A stretch of DNA of 13,086 nt, taken from Azolla caroliniana (lineage: Eukaryota > Plantae > Polypodiophyta). Position 1 is the first letter of the stretch. Each line of letters starts with the position of its first letter. The stretch covers positions 1 to 13,086 of the forward strand of contig JBHGNT010000997.1 of assembly GCA_043228905.1 (NCBI GenBank), read 5' to 3'. This document shows, in pieces, positions 1 to 5,540 of this stretch. The translations under genes and the position numbers were made by a program. The notes under the pieces were generated by a model. That model saw only the letters and a program-made list of their open reading frames with translations, did no database searches and was not told the DNA's origin.

Positions 1-1
1 C

Positions 2-1362
2 ACAAAGTTCCTTGAATTTTTTCATCGCGAGGTGCCTGAACGGGAACTGCTCCGACAATTCTTCTTTATATGCCAAGAACCGCATGAAACGGTCGCGCAG
101 TTCACGATCCGGTTCCAGGATCTCTACAAACAAGTGGCCAATGATGTCTCGGCACAACATGTACCGGACACTTTCCTATCCAGTTTACGAGAGCCTCTAC
201 GAACGACTCTCACACTTACAAATTTCGCCAACCATACTATCGAACAAGTCATAGCGCGCGTTCTCGCCCTCGATCGGAACCAGCACGGCGCGACCTTCTC
301 GATGACATCCTTGCAAAACGCTCTTCCCCAAGAGGACAATCGCTTTCGCCAAGCCCTCCAATGCACGGCGTGTTCAGGATCAGGGCACATGGCCCTCGAA
401 TGTCCCCACTGACCACAGTGTCCGATTTGTCAGTCTCGAGCTCACACGGTCGAGCAGTGCGAATATAATATGCTGAACCACACAACGGCGGCACCGGTCC
501 GCCAGATCGAGCCACGAAATACATACTCTCGACAGGACGAGCGATATATCTACCGAGACTAGGATAACGATCGACCGCGATCCCCGGATCGACGGCGCCG
601 AGACGACGACTACCGACGTGATGACCGTCGTGATTATTATCGTGATGACCAGCACGACGATTATGCTCGATATGATGACGATCGCGATGACCGGTATGAC
701 CGAAGGAACTCACGCATTGATCGGCGAAACGGCAACCGCAACACACGCAACAATAGAAGACCTAATGACAACCGCCGACGGGACGCTCCTCAAAATGACC
801 AGCGCAACTCCAACGCACCTCGGAACAACCCACCACCAAACGAGACCGAGAATCAACAACAACAGCTTCCACACACAGACCGAGCGGACACCGGCAGCTC
901 AGCCAACGTGACATGTTTTAAATGTAATCAACCAGGCCACTATGCCACGCAATGTCCGACAACCAACCGTGGCAAGGCACCCGCGGTGAACAGTATCATG
1001 GCTGATGTTCAAACGGTCACTACCCGGAGTAAAGCGCAGACTACTCAGTGGCAAATCCAGGATAAGGTACGTCAGGCAGCAAAAGAATGGATCGACACGG
1101 CCAATAAAAATAATGTCGTATGCATGCAAACTGACATGAGAGACGGGCCCATTGAAGTACCACAAACCTCGGCACCATCCACGTCGTCAGAGGAAGACCA
1201 ACTATGGGATGTTCTTACCAACTCCCGCATCTCGCTGCCCCTACATAAACTGTTACCACTCATGCCGAGATTTCGGGACACCCTGGCGGCGCTCCAGGCC
1301 AATACTAAGCCTGTGACGCCACCGGTACACCTCACAGAAGCAGGAACCGGTCCACCACTCAT
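2..1362 (+). pseudogene. gag: Ty3/Gypsy gag (capsid C-terminal part, three CCHC zinc knuckles, gag-protease linker), decayed and truncated just before the protease
   Basis: One continuous frame joins ORFs 32..412 and 908..; in-frame stops TGA 410-412 (CGG in paralog B) and TAG 560-562. Motifs: QEPHETVAQFTIRF (retrotransposon gag), CTACSGSGHMALEC, CPICQSRAHTVEQC, CFKCNQPGHYATQC, VTTRSK. The end aligns to the start of ORF 9417..12437. Confidence 0.9.
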
Positions 1363-1828
1363 GGAACTTTGTGCGCACGATTTGGAAAGTGGTGGCCTCT
1401 CCTATTTCGAGGCTAGAGTACCATCGTGCAGCCGGTCCATTGAGGGAGAGTGTGAACTCGGCAATCTTTGAGGCATCGATTTCGGCCGGCGTGAGGCGGT
1501 GCGTGGAGTGGTTAGCCTGCCACGTGGATATGAAGGCACGGATGTGTGACTCCGCGTCTGGTCCGTCGGTGTATCGTGGGTATGGGTACGGCATGATGTC
1601 GTACCGTGGGTCTTCTAGTAGCACCGAAAAAGGGTTTAGTTCCGGTTGATTGACCTCTGGAGGGCTCGACGGGGGTTTTGGTGGTGAATCAACTCGCGAT
1701 CGAGTGTCTGGTGGCGAGGATTGCACTTGACAAACCTCCGATTGCTCGGGAAAGGATTGGTCAGTGACCGCCGAGTCGGAAGTTCCTTCGACTGGCTCAG
1801 GGCATCAGGCGGGTGGCCGAGACCTCAT
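1363..1828 (-). pseudogene. gag: Element A gag N-terminal part, truncated at the inversion junction
   Basis: Translation YPYPRYTDGPDAESHIRAFISTWQANH...KIAEFTLSLNGPAARWY closely matches ORF 3669..4460. ATG at 1828; in-frame TGA at 1805-1807 where B has CGA. Confidence 0.85.
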
Positions 1829-1899
1829 GGTGCGAGAGGGCGCTGTAACAGCGGCTGGTGGTTACCTTCAACGAAGTTCGCTGTGCACTCACAGCTGTA

Positions 1900-1912
1900 A
1901 CCGAGCGTGCCA
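1900..1912 (-). promoter_or_regulatory. Primer binding site of element A (tRNA-Arg type, partial)
   Basis: TGGCACGCTCGGT lies 5 nt after the LTR end (...GGTAACA). It resembles the complement of the plant tRNA-Arg(UCU) 3' end; the tRNA identity is from recall, not a search. Confidence 0.75.
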
Positions 1913-1917
1913 AATTG

Positions 1918-2352
1918 TGTTACCCGTTCGTTTGGGTGTTCACACCTTCGATAGATCTGCGGCTATCGGTCTTCAAGGGCGTGGTACGTGAAGGCTCGTA
2001 ACTGAGGCGTCGAGAGAGAGACAAGGCTCAGAGAGAAAACACTAGCGAGGTCTTGATAGACGTGGGCGGCATTGAACTCATAGGTATGGATCAAAGCACA
2101 GACTCATGGAGCAAAATGATCACAAATCAGATATATTACTATGATAGAAAAGATTACAGAACACGGCCTATGGCCGATGACCTTACAAGTTTATCTAGTT
2201 ACGAAGGACTAAGCTAGTGCTTCCGCCTATATTTTTCTTCTCTCCCTCTCTGAGGTACTGGTCCTCGTTTAAATAACTTTTCCCCTAATACACAGCCGAG
2301 CCGTCGGCGTTTGCTAATTTGCTAATTTTACAGTTCTGTCCTCTGGACAACA
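1918..2352 (-). repeat. 5' LTR of element A (about 435 bp)
   Basis: TGTT...AACA termini; homology to LTR B starts at TGTTGTCCA(G/T)AGG; shared blocks GCTCGGCT, TATA, TACCTC, TTGTAAGGTCA and GGCCGTGTT..TGTAATC; followed by the PBS. Confidence 0.8.
2268..2275 (-). promoter_or_regulatory. TATA box of LTR A (TATTTAAA)
   Basis: Aligns with TATATAAA of LTR B in a conserved context (AAAAG-TATWTAAAC-GAGG). Confidence 0.6.
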
Positions 2353-2783
2353 AATCTAAAGTTACAATTGTATACATACAAGGCAATCAACATTCAGCCA
2401 AATCTACAAAGGTAAAGTCAGGATCTAGCCTAATTTGTTTGGTCGTTCAAATCATGTCATCCTGATTGGCTTGTTTGAGTCGGTTAGATCGGTTGGTTCG
2501 GGTCATCTTGTGTCCAAATCAACTCGTTCATTTAGATCGGCTCGTGTCCGATTCCGACTCTTGGCCTTTGGTCGATCCTATGCTTCTTTCTTGCACTTGC
2601 TCCTTGTGCTCCCTGCTAGATCCTCGATCGGTCCTCGGCCCCACTTGCCCCTCGATCGTCTCCTCTCTAATCGGTATCCTTGCTCAGTGTTGTGTCTTCA
2701 GCCTCTCGATATTCCGATGCTTTGGACTTTGACTTTTTGGCTCGTTCGATCGAGATGATCTTTGACTTACCTTCTGCAATTTT

Positions 2784-2987
2784 TCATTTGGCTCTCTTCT
2801 GCTTGGTTGCATGTTGTAGTCCCATTGTTGTCCTCAGTGCTCCGAAGCGTTGTTCTAGGAGTGTCTTCGTCAAGCAATCAACGATTTTCACCTCAATATC
2901 TATCTTCCGGACTTCGAGCTTCTTCTCCATTACGAGCTCCCAGATATGATGAAACTATACCTCAATATGTTTTGCCTTCGCATGATA
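2784..2987 (-). pseudogene. pol: Ty1/Copia pol remnant, RNase H C-terminus
   Basis: Manual translation: YHAKAKHIEV*FHHIWELVMEKKLEVRKIDIEVKIVDCLTKTLLEQRFGALRTTMGL. This matches the Copia RNase H motifs H-x-R-T-K-H-I-D and A-D-x-L-T-K. It is absent from the ORF track because of a stop. Segment 2353-2783 is probably the decayed 3' region of the same element. Confidence 0.85.
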
Positions 2988-2989
2988 GA

Positions 2990-3478
2990 TGTTGTCCATA
3001 GGCCAAACATATAAAATTAGTTAAATGTAATACGCCGGTAGGTAAGGCGAGTAGGTAAGGTAGAGTTAGGTAAACGCTGAGTTTCAAGCCTCACAGTCAG
3101 TCGAGCGCTCGGCTCTATATGAAGAAAAAGTATATAAACCGAGGTCTGCGTACCTCGGAGAAAGAGGGAGATATCAAGAGCCTAGGCAAGGTTGTTTCAT
3201 AGTATAAGAGCTTTGTAAGGTCACTGGCTTTGGGCCGTGTTTTTTGTAATCATCGATAACTATTTCCAGTAATACATATCTATTAGCTCTTGTTGTTTTC
3301 ATCTGTGTGTTGTCATTTCTAAGGTCTCAACTATGTATACGACCCGGGCTCTATTCCGGGTATACTCTCTGTTTCCTTCCCCTAACGACGCCTCCGTGCA
3401 CAAGTCTTCACGTTACACTTCCCTTGATACCAATAGCTTGTAGGCATATCAAAGGTGTTTCCAACAGAACGGTTAACA
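2990..3478 (+). repeat. 5' LTR of element B (about 489 bp)
   Basis: Starts TGTTGTCC exactly where the Copia homology ends; ends TTAACA; TATATAAA at 3131-3138; homologous to LTR A. Confidence 0.8.
3131..3138 (+). promoter_or_regulatory. TATA box of LTR B
   Basis: TATATAAA, positionally conserved with LTR A. Confidence 0.6.
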
Positions 3479-3483
3479 CAATT

Positions 3484-3495
3484 TGGCACACCGGT
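3484..3495 (+). promoter_or_regulatory. Primer binding site of element B (tRNA-Arg type, partial)
   Basis: TGGCACACCGGT, 5 nt after the LTR end; homologous to PBS A. Confidence 0.75.
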
Positions 3496-3527
3496 TAACA
3501 CTGTGAGATCACAGCGAACTACGTTGA

Positions 3528-4682
3528 AGACAACCTACAACCACCATTACGGCACCCAATCGCACCAAGCGGTCTCGGCCATCTGGCCGACGATCTGAGC
3601 CAGTCGAAGGCACTTCTGACTCGGCGGTCACGGATCAGTCTTTCCAAGAAATATCGGAGGCTCACCGGTTGCAATCCTCGCCACCTGCTACTTGGTCGCG
3701 AGTTGAGTCCACACCAACCTCTCCACCAAGCCCTCCAGAGGTCACTCACCCTAACCCTAACCCTTTTCCGGTTTTACCGGAAGACCCCGAATTCGATACC
3801 ATGGCGTATCCTTACCCACGATACACTGACAACCCCGACGCGGAGTCGCACATCCGTGCCTTTGTGTCCACCTGGCAGGCCAACCACTCAACACAGCGAC
3901 TCTCGCCTACCGAAATCGAGGCTTCAAAAATTGCCGAGTTTACGCTATCCCTTGATGGACTAGCTGTGAGATGGTATTCTGGCCTCGACACAGGGGAGTT
4001 TGTCACCTTCCACGACGTTCACACGCAGTTCCTAGAATTGTTCCATCGTGAGGTGCCCAAACGAGAATTGCTCCGACAATTCTTTTCCATGCGACAAGAA
4101 CCACACGAGACGGTCGCACAGTTCACAATCCGGTTCCGGGATCTCTACAGACAAGTGGCCGACGATGTCTCTGCACAACACATTCCGAACGCATTCCTGT
4201 CTAGCCTACGGGAGCCTCTACGGACGACTCTCGCACTTACTAATTTTGCCAACCAAATGATCGAGCAAGTCATAGCGCGCGTCCTCGCCCTCGATCGGAC
4301 TCAGCAAAGCACAACTTTCACTATGAGTTCACTACAAAGCGCCCTTCCCCAGGAGGACAATCGCTTCCGCCAAGCCCTCCAATGCACAGTTTGCTCGGGA
4401 TCAGGCCATCTGGCCCTCGAATGTCGTCACCGGCCACAGTGTCCGATCTGCCAGTCCTGATCTCACACTGTCGAGCATTGTGAATACAATATGCTCAACC
4501 GCACAACGACGGCCCCGGTTCGCCAGATCAAGACTAGGGATACATACTCTCGTTAGGACGAGCGACAATCCTACCGGAACTAGGGTAACCAACGACCCCG
4601 ATCGCCGGATAGACGGTGCCATGACGACGATTACCGTCGGGACGACAACCGTTACCGAAACAACAACCGATGGAGATCGGAT
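3528..4682 (+). pseudogene. gag: Element B gag (capsid plus two CCHC knuckles), decayed and interrupted
   Basis: Frame is open 3528-4457 (first ATG 3801). Stops: TGA 4458-4460 (CGA in copy A), TAG 4554-4556 (CAG in copy A), TAG 4581-4583. Knuckles CTVCSGSGHLALEC and CPICQS*SHTVEHC. Confidence 0.9.
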
Positions 4683-4744
4683 TGTTGGGATTTCGGTCCC
4701 TCCGGATGGGATGTCCGGAGATGAATGACGGCAAGCCCGGTTTT

Positions 4745-4885
4745 GGTTCCGGATCCGGATGATGAAGACCCCGGTTCTGGATGCGGATGATGAAGACCCC
4801 GGTTCCGAATCCGGATGATGAAGACCCCGGTTCCGGATCCGGATGATGAAGACCCCGGCTACGGAGCCGGATGACGAATGTACCC
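4745..4885 (+). repeat. 28-bp tandem repeat, 4 near-perfect copies plus 1 degenerate copy
   Basis: Unit GGTTCCGGATCCGGATGATGAAGACCCC starts at 4745, 4773, 4801 and 4829; degenerate copy at 4857. Confidence 0.95.
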
Positions 4886-4977
4886 GGAGAGAGATCCGGA
4901 TGCGGGGACATATTTGTGAATATGTTTGCCAAGGGCCCTTGAGGCTATATTTGTAAATAGCCCGAAAGTCATATGTG

Positions 4978-4985
4978 TATAAATA
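4978..4985 (+). promoter_or_regulatory. TATA box of LTR C
   Basis: TATAAATA downstream of the U3 tandem repeats. Confidence 0.5.
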
Positions 4986-5017
4986 TGACTTAGGGCAAAC
5001 TGTTTAGAGTTGCTGCT

Positions 5018-5440
5018 TGTTACACTCTAGCCGGACAAGGCCTAACACAAGGTGTCACGGAGACACTTCACCAAAGGGTGATTACGGCATAGGATTAAGA
5101 TTCAACGATTACACCGACTTACGTAGGTAGGTTACACGATTAGAGTGCTTTGGTTAATTACACGCGTAAGATATAACAGTAATTACAGAACGGAAATCAA
5201 GACAGAAGTATAAACATCATAAGCTCTATTAATTATCCGCTGCCATTACAATGGGGTCCGGGCCTTTAAATAGGTTTCCGGCCCGTAGTACAAAACGGTG
5301 CCTATCGCACCTATTCGGGATCCGTCTGGATCTGGAACGGCATACCGTTTCCAGTCCGTCCGTCCACACTATGCTCATTTACAACCATATATAATTAATT
5401 CCTTCACTCCGTATTTTGGACTCCTTGCCGGCCGGTAACA
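5018..5440 (-). repeat. 3' LTR of element D (423 bp)
   Basis: 6-bp inverted termini TGTTAC (5018-5023) and GTAACA (5435-5440). On the minus strand, GGAAACCTATTTAAAGGCCCGGACC resembles the LTR A TATA context and is followed by a T-rich region with several TGTAA motifs. Confidence 0.75.
5265..5272 (-). promoter_or_regulatory. TATA box of LTR D (TATTTAAA)
   Basis: Same variant and similar flanks as the TATA of LTR A. Confidence 0.55.
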
Positions 5441-5442
5441 CA

Positions 5443-5459
5443 TGGCACGCCCGTGGGAC
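5443..5459 (+). promoter_or_regulatory. tRNA-Arg-type PBS in inverted orientation, at the position where element D should have its polypurine tract
   Basis: TGGCACGCCCGTGGGAC, 2 nt from the LTR terminus; starts with the TGG complement of CCA and shares TGGCACRC with PBS A and B. Confidence 0.75.
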
Positions 5460-5540
5460 AGTACCTTGTACGTCGAACCCTTCTCGGCCCCTTCATTGTT
5501 CACCCAAACTGTCCAAAATATCTTGTTCCAGAGTTTCCAA

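Larger units (their letters stand above)
1363..2352 (-). mobile_element. Ty3/Gypsy LTR retrotransposon A, 5' portion (LTR-PBS-gag)
   Basis: Collinear homology with element B from the LTR start (TGTTGTCCA) through the TATA box, PBS and gag. Confidence 0.85.
2990..4682 (+). mobile_element. Ty3/Gypsy LTR retrotransposon B, 5' portion (LTR-PBS-gag), interrupted at 4683
   Basis: LTR, PBS and gag in canonical order; inserted into the Copia RNase H coding sequence. Confidence 0.85.
4683..5017 (+). mobile_element. U3 portion of an unrelated LTR (element C), inserted in gag B and interrupted by element D
   Basis: Gag homology stops abruptly at TGTTGGGATTTC, a typical LTR start; tandem repeats follow, then TATAAATA at 4978-4985. 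The superfamily cannot be determined. Confidence 0.6.

Noticed and set aside
908-1726. ORFs 908..1471 (+) and 1253..1726 (-) as real overlapping genes
   Set aside because: Both are chimeras reading through the inversion junction at 1362/1363.
4745-4885. 28-bp repeats as a CRISPR array
   Set aside because: Units are head-to-tail with no unique spacers, there are no cas genes, and the context is a eukaryotic LTR.
4924-5000. 77-nt cloverleaf as a tRNA gene
   Set aside because: Lacks the GTTCRA T-loop, D-loop GG and canonical arm lengths.
5050-5355. Series of short hairpins in LTR D as terminators
   Set aside because: Stems are only 5-9 bp, lack U-tracts, and short hairpins are common in LTRs; no function can be supported.
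5478-5497. Purine-rich AATGAAGGGGCCGAGAAGGG (minus strand) as the canonical PPT of element D
   Set aside because: It is 37 nt from the inferred LTR terminus, is interrupted by pyrimidines and is not followed by TG. Only comparison with the 5' LTR can exclude it fully.
5443-5540. Complete tRNA gene or SINE upstream of the 3' LTR
   Set aside because: Only the 3' acceptor strand and T-arm words are present; no 5' half or A-box is recognisable.
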